A stretch of 64,000 bases of DNA from Clostridia bacterium (lineage in GTDB: Bacteria; Bacillota; Clostridia; Oscillospirales; CAG-382): positions 53,489 to 117,488 of the forward strand of contig JAFQAP010000016.1 in NCBI GenBank assembly GCA_017399965.1, written 5' to 3'. A program made the position numbers and the translations under genes. Below are positions 45,739 through 55,640 of the stretch, one piece after another (the first letter of the stretch is position 1; the number at the start of each line of letters is the position of its first letter). Under the pieces are notes generated by a model. The model was given only the letters and a program-made list of their open reading frames with translations. It did no database searches and was not told the DNA's origin.

Positions 45739-46162
45739 AGATGTACGCAGTCAGGGTAAAAAGGGTGAGATTATCGAAGCTTCCGATGGATACGCAAGGA
45801 ACTTTCTCATACCCCGTAAACTTGCCGTAGAGGCAACGCCCCAGATACTTACCGAATATAAAAACAGAAAGGCATCCGAAGCACATAAAAAAGCCGAAGA
45901 TAAAAAAGCGGCACAGGAAGCCGCCGCAAAGATCGACGGAAAAAGCATCGTTTATAAGGCTACAGGCGGTGCGGACGGCAGACTTTATGCGGCTGTAACC
46001 GCATCCGATCTCAGCGAAAAAATAAACGAAACCTTCGGTATCAACGTAGATAAGCGCAAGCTTGTTCTTAACGATAATATTAAAAATGTCGGTGAATACA
46101 ACGTAACCGTAAAACTCTATCCCGAAATTTCCGCAAAATTAAAAGTTATAGTACAAAACTAA
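45719..46162 (+). CDS. rplI: 50S ribosomal protein L9
   Basis: [19 protein letters not shown]...GYARNFLIP. Confidence 0.97.
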   Translation: MKVLLLEDVRSQGKKGEIIEASDGYARNFLIPRKLAVEATPQILTEYKNRKASEAHKKAEDKKAAQEAAAKIDGKSIVYKATGGADGRLYAAVTASDLSEKINETFGINVDKRKLVLNDNIKNVGEYNVTVKLYPEISAKLKVIVQN

Positions 46163-46178
46163 GAAACGGAAGATAAAA

Positions 46179-47528
46179 ATGGCTGAAATTGATTCTATTC
46201 GACAAATGCCATACTCTCTGGAAGCAGAGCAGGCCATACTTGGAATAATTCTCGTAGACCCGCAGAAGATCGCAAAAATAAGCGAACAAGTAAAAGCGGA
46301 AGATTTTTATCTTGAACGTCACGCGGTAATTTTTAATGCGATGACAGGTATGTTTCGCAGCAATGTGGAGATCGATATAGTCACCCTTATTGAGCAGATA
46401 ACCAAGATGGGTTCCTATTCCGAAGGCGACGCGGCGAAATATATAAAGCAGTTGGTAGATATGTCATCCGCTGCTACGAATATTGATGAATACGTACGCA
46501 TTATAAAGGATAAGACTGTACTCAGACAGCTTATTGACGCCGCACGGAATATTTCCGATAACGCATATTCCGAAATAGGGGAAGTAAGAGATATCGTTGA
46601 TTCGGCAGAAAAAGCAATATACGATATTTCCGCAGACAAATATTCGGATCGTTTTATGCATATCCGCGAGGCTATCGTTCAGGCATTGGATAATTATCAC
46701 GAACTGGAAAAGAACCCCGAAGGTGCAACAGGACATAAAACCGGATTTTCTTCTTTGGACAGATATCTGCTTGGTATCGGCCCCGGCGATCTCGTTATTC
46801 TGGGTGCACGACCCGGTGTGGGTAAAACTTCTTTTGCGTTGAATATAGCATCCAATATCGCCCGCTCCTCCAGAAAAGAAGTTGCCATATTCTCTTTGGA
46901 AATGACAGCGGATCAGCTTGTAAACCGTATGCTTTCCACAGAGGCGGCTGTTCACAGCTCTGCGCTCCGTACAGGCAGAATTCTGCCCGAGGAATGGAGT
47001 AGAATCGCTACCGCAGCATCATCTCTGTCTTCTTTGGATATTCTCATTGATGATACGTCCGATATCACTACAACTGCAATGAAAGCAAAGCTTCGCAGAT
47101 GCAAAAATCTCGGGCTTGTGGTTATCGACTATCTCCAGCTTATCCGCGGAGAAAGCCATACGGATAATAAGGTTCTGGAAGTTGCCGCTATCACCCGTGA
47201 TCTTAAGCTTATGGGCAAGGATCTCGGTGTTCCCATTATTCTTCTCTCCCAGCTGGCAAGACGAAGCGAGCAGCGCAACGAAAAGCGCCCGATGCTTTCC
47301 GATCTGCGCGATTCAGGTGCCATTGAGCAGGATGCGGATATGGTTATATTTCTTAACAAAGAAACAGCTTCCGATAAAAATGCGCCTCCCACACAAGGTG
47401 ATTTTGAGGCGGTGGAATGTATTGTTGCAAAGAACAGACACGGCGCGCAGGGTATATCCAAGCTTGCTTGGTACGGAAGTACCTTCCGTTTCGTTTCTGT
47501 TGATGAGGATACGAATGAACCCGATTAA
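46179..47528 (+). CDS. dnaB: Replicative DNA helicase
   Basis: PYSLEAEQAILG, GARPGVGKTS, FSLEM, DYLQL, LSQLAR, DLRDSGAIEQDAD. Confidence 0.96.
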   Translation: MAEIDSIRQMPYSLEAEQAILGIILVDPQKIAKISEQVKAEDFYLERHAVIFNAMTGMFRSNVEIDIVTLIEQITKMGSYSEGDAAKYIKQLVDMSSAATNIDEYVRIIKDKTVLRQLIDAARNISDNAYSEIGEVRDIVDSAEKAIYDISADKYSDRFMHIREAIVQALDNYHELEKNPEGATGHKTGFSSLDRYLLGIGPGDLVILGARPGVGKTSFALNIASNIARSSRKEVAIFSLEMTADQLVNRMLSTEAAVHSSALRTGRILPEEWSRIATAASSLSSLDILIDDTSDITTTAMKAKLRRCKNLGLVVIDYLQLIRGESHTDNKVLEVAAITRDLKLMGKDLGVPIILLSQLARRSEQRNEKRPMLSDLRDSGAIEQDADMVIFLNKETASDKNAPPTQGDFEAVECIVAKNRHGAQGISKLAWYGSTFRFVSVDEDTNEPD

Positions 47529-48810
47529 AAGCGTTTCGGCGTTTCTTGAACGTATAGAAAACGGGCGAATTTTAGTGGCGCTTTCCGGCGGAGGAGATTC
47601 CGTGTGTCTGCTTTCCGTTCTTAAAGGACTGGGGGCGGATATATGCGCTTTCCATCTTAACCACGGTATAAGAGGAGAAGAAGCGGACAGAGATCAGGAC
47701 TTTTGCCGCAGGCTATGTGAAAAACTTTCTGTTCCGTTTTATACAAAAAAGGTCGATATTCCCGCACTTTCCAAAGAGTATGGGAAAGGACTTGAAGAAA
47801 CAGCCCGTGTTGTGAGGTATCAGCTTTTAGAGGATGCCGCAAACGAAACAAAATCCCGTTATATTGCTACTGCTCATAACGGTGATGATAATACAGAGAC
47901 AGTTATATTTAACCTTGTTCGGGGCTGTGGTGCCGATGGTCTTTGCGGTATTCCCGCAATAAGAGGCAGAATAATAAGACCGCTTCTTAACAGCACCCGT
48001 GCAGAGATAGACATATATCTGAAAGAACTTCAATTACAGTACGTAACAGACAGCACCAATTCCGACGAAAGCTATACCCGCAACAAAATAAGACATTCCG
48101 TAATGCCGGTATTGCGCAGTATAAATCCTTCTGTCGTTACCGCCGTTTCCCGCTTGTGCGAATCGGTTAAAAACGATAAAAGCTTTTTTGAAGAAGCTCT
48201 TTCGGATAGCGAAGATAAATTACCGGCTGACCTGCCGTTATCTTTGTTAACAAGGCAGATATCAAAGCGTTACGAAGCAAAAACGGGTCTTTCTTTGGAT
48301 TTTTCACATATTAATGAAATAGCCGAAGCTGTAAAAAAACGTATTTGCACCACCTTCGATCTTCCGGGAAAAGTGTGTGTTTACGTTTATTACGGCGGCT
48401 ATTCTTTTGAAAAACGTATGGTCTCTGCCCAATACCGCATTCCCGTAACAGCGGGAATTACCGAAATTCCGCAAAAAAACACAAAGATTTTTTACGGAAA
48501 CGAAAATGTTTACAAATTGTCAACATCAGTGGCGGTAGATTGTGGTAAAATAGTTGGCAGTTTGTACGCACGTCCAAGAATGGAAGGGGACCGAATAAAA
48601 GTGTTCGGCGTTTCCAAAAGCGTGCGAAAAGAATTTATAAATAAAAAAATACCGCTTTGCGTCCGCAACGATATTCCCGTTATTTGCGATGACGAGGGAA
48701 TAGTTTACGTCCCATATATCGGTGCAGACGACAGAGTGTTTTCAAATTCAGGGCGGCATATTTTGGGGCTGCTCTGTTCCGAAACGGAGAAGAATAATGA
48801 AAAAAAGTAA
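47515..48810 (+). CDS. tilS: tRNA(Ile)-lysidine synthetase
   Basis: [36 protein letters not shown]; start set at ATG 47515. Confidence 0.93.
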   Translation: MNPIKSVSAFLERIENGRILVALSGGGDSVCLLSVLKGLGADICAFHLNHGIRGEEADRDQDFCRRLCEKLSVPFYTKKVDIPALSKEYGKGLEETARVVRYQLLEDAANETKSRYIATAHNGDDNTETVIFNLVRGCGADGLCGIPAIRGRIIRPLLNSTRAEIDIYLKELQLQYVTDSTNSDESYTRNKIRHSVMPVLRSINPSVVTAVSRLCESVKNDKSFFEEALSDSEDKLPADLPLSLLTRQISKRYEAKTGLSLDFSHINEIAEAVKKRICTTFDLPGKVCVYVYYGGYSFEKRMVSAQYRIPVTAGITEIPQKNTKIFYGNENVYKLSTSVAVDCGKIVGSLYARPRMEGDRIKVFGVSKSVRKEFINKKIPLCVRNDIPVICDDEGIVYVPYIGADDRVFSNSGRHILGLLCSETEKNNEKK

Positions 48811-50791
48811 CACCGGTTGGGGATTATTTTGGCTTGTTGCTATAGTAGCCATAATAGTTGCCGCTTTTGTAATGGGCGGAACCGAATCAAGCAAACCGAT
48901 TAACTACGCGAAGGTAAGCGAGTATTTCCACGATGAGCAAGTAGTGGAATTTACCGTTTCAAAGACAAATAAGCTTACTATGAAGCTTAAAAACGGTGAG
49001 ACCGTTTCTCATAATCTTCGCGATCTGTCTATATTCTACTATGATTTCAGCGAACTTATAGAAGAACAGCATTCCTCGGGAATTATAAAAACCTTTGAGT
49101 ATGAGGCTCCCACGCCAACACCGGCATGGCTTAAGTTTATGCCTATAATACTCGTGGTCATCGTTATGATCGTGCTTTGGTGGCTCTTCTTCGCCAGAAT
49201 GAATTCAAGTAATTCCTCCGGCGGCGGTATGGGCGGTATCGGCAGAATGAACTCTTTCTCCAAATCCCGTGCAAAGCTCGGTTCCGATGAATCCAAAAAG
49301 GTTTTGTTCACCGATGTTGCAGGTGCAGACGAGGAAAAAGAAGAACTGCGTGAAGTTGTTGAATTTTTGAAAAACCCCAAAAAGTTCAGTTCTTTGGGTG
49401 CAAGAATTCCCAAGGGCGTGCTTTTGGTAGGCGCACCCGGTACAGGTAAGACCTTGTTGGCAAAAGCAGTTGCAGGTGAATCCTCCGTGCCCTTCTATTC
49501 TTTGTCAGGTTCCGATTTCGTTGAGCTTTACGTTGGTGTCGGCGCGTCCCGTGTAAGAGATCTGTTTGAGACCGCAAAAAAAACCGCACCTTGTATCATT
49601 TTCATCGATGAGATCGATGCTGTAGGCAGACACAGAGGCGCAGGCTGGGGCGGCGGACACGATGAGCGTGAGCAGACGCTTAACCAGTTACTTGTTGAAA
49701 TGGACGGTTTCGGCGTTAACGATGGTGTTATTGTTATTGCCGCTACCAACAGACCCGATATTTTGGACCCTGCGTTGCTTCGTCCCGGTCGTTTTGACAG
49801 ACAGGTAACGGTATCATATCCCGATATCAAGGGCCGTACGGAAATACTTGCCGTACACGCAAGAAACAAACCTCTTTCCGATGATGTTGATCTTGAAACC
49901 ATAGCTAAGTCCACTCCCGGATTTACCGGTGCGGATCTTTCCAACCTGCTTAATGAAGCCGCTCTCCTTGCTGCACGTAAGGGTGAAGCCGTTATCTCTA
50001 TGGAAGATATCGAAGAGGCTTCCATCAAGGTTATTGTCGGTACTCAAAAGCGTTCCAGAATCATTAAGCCCGAAGAAAAGCGCAAGACCGCTATCCACGA
50101 GGCCGGCCACGCTATTATTTCCCGTGTGCTTAATCCCGATGATTTTGTACGTCAGATATCCGTTATTCCCAGCGGCAGCGCTTTGGGTTACACTCTTTCT
50201 TTGCCCAAGGAAGACAGATGGAGTGTTTACCGCGGTGAGCTTCAGAATAAGATATCCGAGCTTTTGGGCGGACGTGTTGCGGAGGAGCTTTGCTGTGACG
50301 ATATTTCCGGCGGTGCTTCCAACGATATTCAGCGTGCTACCGAAATTGCCCGTAAAATGGTTACAACTTACGGTATGAGCGATAAGCTCGGTCCCATCGT
50401 ATTCGGCACCGGACACGATGAGGTGTTCTTAGGTAAGGATTATTCCACTCAGCGCAATTACTCCGAAGAGATCGCATCCGAAATAGATGCTGAGATCCAC
50501 CGCATAATTACGGAAGCGCACGATAAGGCTAAAAAGATACTTGCCGAAAATATGGATAAGCTCAATCTTATTGTGGAATATCTTGTGGCTTACGAAATTA
50601 TGGACGAAGAACAGTTCAACGCCGTTTTTGAAGAAAACTGCAGTTTGGAAATTCTGGAGAAGATGCGGGATGAAAAGACCGAGCGTATCCGTGTTGCAAA
50701 CGAAAAACGCCGCGAAGAATTGAGAGCAAACGAGGAAAATAAAGAGGATCCCGAGGATTCAGATAAAAACGAAGACGTAATTCCTCACTAA
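48797..50791 (+). CDS. ftsH: ATP-dependent zinc metalloprotease FtsH
   Basis: [29 protein letters not shown]; start set at ATG 48797. Confidence 0.97.
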   Translation: MKKSNTGWGLFWLVAIVAIIVAAFVMGGTESSKPINYAKVSEYFHDEQVVEFTVSKTNKLTMKLKNGETVSHNLRDLSIFYYDFSELIEEQHSSGIIKTFEYEAPTPTPAWLKFMPIILVVIVMIVLWWLFFARMNSSNSSGGGMGGIGRMNSFSKSRAKLGSDESKKVLFTDVAGADEEKEELREVVEFLKNPKKFSSLGARIPKGVLLVGAPGTGKTLLAKAVAGESSVPFYSLSGSDFVELYVGVGASRVRDLFETAKKTAPCIIFIDEIDAVGRHRGAGWGGGHDEREQTLNQLLVEMDGFGVNDGVIVIAATNRPDILDPALLRPGRFDRQVTVSYPDIKGRTEILAVHARNKPLSDDVDLETIAKSTPGFTGADLSNLLNEAALLAARKGEAVISMEDIEEASIKVIVGTQKRSRIIKPEEKRKTAIHEAGHAIISRVLNPDDFVRQISVIPSGSALGYTLSLPKEDRWSVYRGELQNKISELLGGRVAEELCCDDISGGASNDIQRATEIARKMVTTYGMSDKLGPIVFGTGHDEVFLGKDYSTQRNYSEEIASEIDAEIHRIITEAHDKAKKILAENMDKLNLIVEYLVAYEIMDEEQFNAVFEENCSLEILEKMRDEKTERIRVANEKRREELRANEENKEDPEDSDKNEDVIPH

Positions 50792-50804
50792 TAAATAAAA
50801 GTTA

Positions 50805-50839
50805 AGTGCGTATCTTAAACGGATACGCACTGTCTTTTT
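50805..50839 (+). terminator. Rho-independent terminator after ftsH
   Basis: AGTGCGTATC-ttaaacg-GATACGCACT then GTCTTTTT. Confidence 0.82.
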
Positions 50840-50919
50840 GTCGGGGTCCCCAAGAAGCCGCATGGCTTCTTGGGGTGATTGTCGGGGTCCCCAAGAAGCC
50901 GCATGGCTTCTTGGGGTGA
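50838..50919 (+). repeat. Two identical tandem copies of the 41-bp hairpin repeat (locus 6)
   Basis: Units 50838-50878 and 50879-50919; loop GCAT; fully paired 12-bp stem. Confidence 0.95.
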
Positions 50920-50980
50920 TTATTGAGGATAAATTTCGCAAAAACGGTAAACAATACCATATAAGAAAAGAGGTATTGTT

Positions 50981-52045
50981 ATGAACAAAAAAACTTTATT
51001 TACCGCGTCCCTTATTACTGCTTTGGCAATCATTTTTGTAATACTTATTGCAATCGCAATTTTTGGTAATCAACCGGAGGATACTCTTCCGAACAGCGGG
51101 GGAGATGAAACAAGCGATAATTCGGTTTTGGATGAAAAAGCCATAGAAAGAGGCTGGGTTATCAACAGCCTGGGATATTCGTATCTGTATTATGACAGAG
51201 CGCTTCAGCAGTTTAACGGTACGGTATATACCGGACAGCGTTATGCGGATGTTTTGAACAGCTTTGCAGAGAAAACCGATTGCACAAAAATATTCAGCAT
51301 TACCGTGCCCACCCAAGCGGAATATCTTGATATTCCCATAGCAGTAATGGCAGAGGATAATTTTTACTGTAATTCACAAAAGGAAGCCGTGTTTGCCTCT
51401 TCGCTTGCTATGGATAAGGTAAAAAATATTGATATTTATGACGTTTTGTACGCTCACAAGGATGAATACATCTACTTCCGTACCGATTATAACTGGACAG
51501 CGCTGGGTGCGTATTACGCATACAGAGAATTCTGCAAAGCTGCAAATTTACAACCGGTGCCTTTGGAGAATTACGAAACGGTGGAGCTTGATAACTATCT
51601 GGGCTGGTTTTATACAGCAACAAAAAGCCAAATGCTTCTTGACAATGCGGATACTATAGTTTATTATCGTATAGAGAAAGAACACCCTTGTTATATCACG
51701 TCTTATGAAGATGGATATATGACTCACACTCTCAAATATATCGGTACCGAGATTTCGGCGGCATCGGGATACAATGTATTTGTAGGGGATGAAAAGCCTG
51801 TATATAAGTTTGAAACCAGATCCAAAGGCGGTACACTTGCAATAATCGGTGATACATCCGCCCATGCTTTTATTCCGTTTTTACTGCCTCATTATAAAGA
51901 GATCACCTTGTACAATCCCAATATGCTGAAGGGCACCGATGATATTGATATAGATTCAGACACGGTTTTGTTTTTGTCTTATGCGACAAATGCAAACAGC
52001 TCTGTTTTTTGCGAAAATATTGAAAGGCTGTATAAAAATGAATGA
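50981..52045 (+). CDS. Membrane-anchored DHHW-family (AlgJ/AlgX-like) protein with altered motif
   Basis: N-terminal TM helix; YIYFRTDYNWTALGAYYAY resembles YYRTDHHWT.LGAYYAY; YLG.F.. and IIGDT..HAF. Confidence 0.7.
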   Translation: MNKKTLFTASLITALAIIFVILIAIAIFGNQPEDTLPNSGGDETSDNSVLDEKAIERGWVINSLGYSYLYYDRALQQFNGTVYTGQRYADVLNSFAEKTDCTKIFSITVPTQAEYLDIPIAVMAEDNFYCNSQKEAVFASSLAMDKVKNIDIYDVLYAHKDEYIYFRTDYNWTALGAYYAYREFCKAANLQPVPLENYETVELDNYLGWFYTATKSQMLLDNADTIVYYRIEKEHPCYITSYEDGYMTHTLKYIGTEISAASGYNVFVGDEKPVYKFETRSKGGTLAIIGDTSAHAFIPFLLPHYKEITLYNPNMLKGTDDIDIDSDTVLFLSYATNANSSVFCENIERLYKNE

Positions 52046-52844
52046 TACTACTGTTATATGCGGATACATTTCGGTGTCTGCCGCCATACGCGGCGGCAAA
52101 CGCCGTATAGACCGCATTATACTTGACACAGAGCGATATAACAAAGTTATGCGCAGTAAGTACCACTATAACGAAAAAAAGCAATACGCCGCTTTAAAAG
52201 CAAGCGGCATACAGCTTGATTTCGTTTCACCCGATGAGTTTTTGACTCTTACTTCGGGAGATACTGCAGGCGGAATTGCGGCAGAGGTAGGAGAGCGCAG
52301 ATTTTGCCGTCCTGAAAAACTGTTGTGCAATAAAAAAGGCTATATCCTGGTTATTGACGGCATAGAAGACCCATACAACTTCGGCTACGTTTTGCGCACC
52401 GTATATGCTGCCGGAGCAGACGGTGTTATTTTGCCGGAACGGAATTTCTTTGTATCCTCGGATATTGTAATTCGTTCTTCCGCAGGGGCTTCCGAATATC
52501 TTGAGGTAGCTGTTACCGACGATCTGGGTGCTGCTGTTTCCTTGGCTTCCGCCGCAGGATATACAGTTGCCGCCACTGCAAAGAGTGAAAACTCCGTAAG
52601 CGTTTACAACACAGTCCTTTCAAGGCCTCTTTGTCTTATATTGGGCGGGGAAAAGCGGGGGATCTCCAAAAATGTTTTGGAAAAAGCGGATATTACTTTA
52701 AGTATACCGTACCCCAGAAACTGTCAGTATTCCTTGTCTGCCTCTGCGGCGGCAAATATTATCGCGTTTCAGATAGGCTCAATCATCGCTCCCCCAGACG
52801 ATTCCGGGAACCTTGCCGATGATGACTGTCTGGGCAATACATAG
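52038..52844 (+). CDS. TrmH/SpoU family RNA methyltransferase
   Basis: DGIEDPYNFGYVLRT, SSAGASE, LILGGEKRGIS, SLSASAAA; start set at ATG 52038. Confidence 0.88.
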   Translation: MNDTTVICGYISVSAAIRGGKRRIDRIILDTERYNKVMRSKYHYNEKKQYAALKASGIQLDFVSPDEFLTLTSGDTAGGIAAEVGERRFCRPEKLLCNKKGYILVIDGIEDPYNFGYVLRTVYAAGADGVILPERNFFVSSDIVIRSSAGASEYLEVAVTDDLGAAVSLASAAGYTVAATAKSENSVSVYNTVLSRPLCLILGGEKRGISKNVLEKADITLSIPYPRNCQYSLSASAAANIIAFQIGSIIAPPDDSGNLADDDCLGNT

Positions 52845-53396
52845 TTCGGTTTTTATTTCTCTGGTTTCCGTGAATAACGGACCGGATATTTCCACACAAG
52901 CAATAAATTCGATATAAAGCTCGTATTTTGTCTGGTTAACACCGCCGGACACAAGCGAGCTTTTTGTTTTTGAAACCACGTTTCCGACAGGAGTCGCTCT
53001 TATGGGAATTTCCGGACCCAAGCCGGAGAATGCGTAGCTGTTTAATGCATTTCCCAAAGGTATACCGAAATCCAAATATTTGTATTCCGTAAGCTTTTCT
53101 ATAATATCAAGGGTGAGTCTGCTTTTTATAAGATTAACGTATTCTGTGTTTATATCAATAAGTGCTATATTTCCGTTTTGATCTTTTTCTATTATCAACA
53201 CGTCGTCTTTGTTGTAATCCTCGTAGGTGTGTAATATGCGGTTGTTTATCAGCCTGCTTATCTCTCTTACGATCACCTGGTCGCAATAACGGGACGCTAC
53301 TTCCGGAAAGTGCTTCTCTATACGTATGGTAATAAGAATTATGCTCGCCGCTGTAAACAGGCAAATAATAACAAGAACTATCTTTATCTTTTTCAT
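52779..53396 (-). CDS. yunB: Sporulation protein YunB
   Basis: N-terminal TM; IPLGNALNSYAFSGLGPEIPI..PVG.V, GVNQTKY, IIIGKVP-type C-terminus. Confidence 0.85.
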   Translation of the reverse strand: MKKIKIVLVIICLFTAASIILITIRIEKHFPEVASRYCDQVIVREISRLINNRILHTYEDYNKDDVLIIEKDQNGNIALIDINTEYVNLIKSRLTLDIIEKLTEYKYLDFGIPLGNALNSYAFSGLGPEIPIRATPVGNVVSKTKSSLVSGGVNQTKYELYIEFIACVEISGPLFTETREIKTELCIAQTVIIGKVPGIVWGSDD

Positions 53397-53460
53397 AAAT
53401 ATCTCTCCCCGGAAAATAATATTAACATTATTACATTTTTATTAATGATTTGTCTTATCG

Positions 53461-53490
53461 GTATTCCAAGCTCTCTTTCTGGCAAAAATA
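53461..53490 (+). promoter_or_regulatory. sigmaF/sigmaG-type promoter of sigG
   Basis: GTATT-15 bp-GGCAAAAATA matches GYATA-15-GGnnAnAHTR. Confidence 0.65.
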
Positions 53491-53512
53491 GATTTGAGCA
53501 AAAACGGAGGCA

Positions 53513-54289
53513 ATGAATATGTATAATAAAGTTGAAATATGCGGTGTTAACACATCAAAGCTGCCCATGCTTTCGGACGCTAAAAAGGCAGAATTGTTAA
53601 AACGTGCCCACGAGGGTGATTCCTACGCCAGAGATGAACTGATAAACGGAAATTTAAGATTGGTTTTAAGCGTTATCCAATCTTTTGCAGGCAGAGGAGA
53701 GAATCCCGATGATCTGTTTCAGGTAGGATGTATCGGACTAATAAAAGCAGTTGATAATTTCGACACCACTTTGGACGTTAAATTTTCTACCTACGCAGTT
53801 CCTATGATACTGGGGGAAATAAGAAGATATCTTCGGGATAACAACACCATTCGTGTATCCCGTTCCGTGCGCGATATGGCGTATCGCGCTTTGCAGGCGA
53901 AGGAAGCGCTTTCAAACAAGCTTAACCGCGATCCCACTATCGAAGAGATAGCAAAAGAAACGGGCTTTTCGAGAGAAGATATTGTAAATGCGTTGGAAGC
54001 CATTGTCGAACCGGTTTCGTTATACGAACCCATATATTCTGACGGCGGGGATTCTTTATACGTTATGGACCAGATCAAGGACACTAAAAATACGGACGAA
54101 AGCTGGCTTACGGGAATAGCTCTGACAGAAGCTATAGCTACGCTTAATGAGAGGGAAAAAAGAATACTGCTCTTGCGTTTCTACCGCGGAAAAACTCAAA
54201 CTGAAGTTTCCGCAGAAATAGGCATTTCCCAAGCACAGGTCAGCCGCCTTGAAAAAGGAGCATTGGAAAAAATAAGAAAACAATTATAA
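53513..54289 (+). CDS. sigG: Sporulation sigma factor SigG
   Basis: NKVEICGVNTSKLP N-terminus; GNLRLVLSVIQ, KFSTYAVPMILGEIRRYLRDN. Confidence 0.95.
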   Translation: MNMYNKVEICGVNTSKLPMLSDAKKAELLKRAHEGDSYARDELINGNLRLVLSVIQSFAGRGENPDDLFQVGCIGLIKAVDNFDTTLDVKFSTYAVPMILGEIRRYLRDNNTIRVSRSVRDMAYRALQAKEALSNKLNRDPTIEEIAKETGFSREDIVNALEAIVEPVSLYEPIYSDGGDSLYVMDQIKDTKNTDESWLTGIALTEAIATLNEREKRILLLRFYRGKTQTEVSAEIGISQAQVSRLEKGALEKIRKQL

Positions 54290-54327
54290 ATTTGCCCCAA
54301 AAAGTTATCGGATTTTCAGTAACCAAA

Positions 54328-54368
54328 TCACCCCAAGAAGCCTTACGGCTTCTCGGGGACCCCGACAA
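54328..54368 (-). repeat. Single copy of the 41-bp hairpin repeat (locus 7)
   Basis: Minus strand TTGTCGGGGTCCCCGAGAAGCCGTAAGGCTTCTTGGGGTGA. Confidence 0.95.
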
Positions 54369-54397
54369 AAAAGAGTGGACGATTATTGTCCACTCTT
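54367..54397 (-). terminator. Terminator of the 54416-55411 gene
   Basis: Minus strand AAGAGTGGAC-aataatc-GTCCACTCTTTTTT. Confidence 0.85.
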
Positions 54398-54415
54398 AAC
54401 TGTTTTTATATGGTT

Positions 54416-55411
54416 TTATTTTACAAAGGGCTCAATAGAAAAACCGGATTTCTTTTCGGAATTGAAAAGACCGAAAGCAAATATCGCAAGAGCGACAAGA
54501 CCAAACAGCGCATCGATTATGAGCGATTGATAAATGTTTAAGCCGTCAACGGGAGTAGAGAAGGGGAGGCGTATAAAGGATGCGGGGGTGCGCAAAGCAA
54601 CCGAAAGAGAATAGCCGTACTGATTAAGCACCTGATATGCGGAAATAAGGATACGTGCCGCAGCGTTGAACAAAAGAGAAAATGCGCAAACCGATATAGT
54701 GGAAGCAAGGCACTTCTTTTTGCCTATTAACTTTGCAAACAAGAAGGTTATGATAGCGGAAACAAAGCAAAGAAGGGAAAAGCCGTATGTAAAAGCAGTG
54801 CCGAAGGAGAGTAGTTTTCCTAAACCGAGCGCAACACCCATAAGCACACCGGTACCGACAACAGCACCGATAAAGGCACCAAGTACGCTTTTAATGCTCT
54901 GGCTCTTTGTTGCCTTTTCGGCGGCTTTCTTTTTATTGTTATTAAGGCTTTCGCTTAATGCGCAGCTTTCACAAACAAGGGAAAGTACGCCGTCCGCGTT
55001 CATAACCATAATCTTTTTGTGGGCAAATGATGCTCCGCACTTGATACATTTATCGGAGTAAGGAATTTCGTTGGCAATCAGCATATCTGCCGTTGCATCA
55101 ATAATTTGTCTGAATTCCGTAAGCTCACAACTTGCGGAAACCGTAATTCCGTCTGATTCAACGGTACATATACATTTTGCAAATTCGTTTACTGTTTCGG
55201 TTAGCGCCTGTGAAAACTCAAAGGCAAACACGGAATCCTCATCGGTGTTAAAAGGACAGCCGAAAAAGGCGATTTTCTTTCCGTCCTTTTCGCTTATAGC
55301 GAGCAGATAATTTCGGTAAATGCCGAAGGCACGCTCGTCCTTTGTGCCGCCGAAAGCAATATTTTTAAGCCCTAAATCTTTTGCAAGAATTTCGGTAGAT
55401 TTTGTAAGCAT
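54416..55411 (-). CDS. Hypothetical membrane protein (soluble N-terminal domain, CxxC...CxxC putative Zn ribbon, ~4 TM helices)
   Basis: RBS GAGAGG; CIKC and CESC pairs; hydrophobic C-terminal half. Confidence 0.7.
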   Translation of the reverse strand: MLTKSTEILAKDLGLKNIAFGGTKDERAFGIYRNYLLAISEKDGKKIAFFGCPFNTDEDSVFAFEFSQALTETVNEFAKCICTVESDGITVSASCELTEFRQIIDATADMLIANEIPYSDKCIKCGASFAHKKIMVMNADGVLSLVCESCALSESLNNNKKKAAEKATKSQSIKSVLGAFIGAVVGTGVLMGVALGLGKLLSFGTAFTYGFSLLCFVSAIITFLFAKLIGKKKCLASTISVCAFSLLFNAAARILISAYQVLNQYGYSLSVALRTPASFIRLPFSTPVDGLNIYQSLIIDALFGLVALAIFAFGLFNSEKKSGFSIEPFVK

Positions 55412-55574
55412 TTTAAACCTCTCATAAGTTTATTGTCTCTTATATTTTATCAATAATTTGCACAAAATTGGTTAACAAAATGTTAACATTTTTGTGTTTT
55501 GAAAAGTGTTTTGAACATCGTGCCGAAAGAAGCAAAAAATAGGTCGGTTTTTTTATTATTTTTCGCCGTAATTA

Positions 55575-55603
55575 TTGACAAAACCTTAAAAAAACTGTAT
55601 ATT
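55575..55603 (+). promoter_or_regulatory. sigmaA promoter of potABCD
   Basis: TTGACA-17 bp-TATATT with extended TG. Confidence 0.7.
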
Positions 55604-55640
55604 TTACTTGTAAAAATTTTTGTTTTTTCGGAGGTCTGAA

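Noticed and set aside
55468-55492. Rex operator (GTTAAC-AAAAT-GTTAAC; also TGTGAA...TTACAA near 2622)
   Set aside because: Half-site spacing is 7 nt rather than the 4 nt of Rex boxes.
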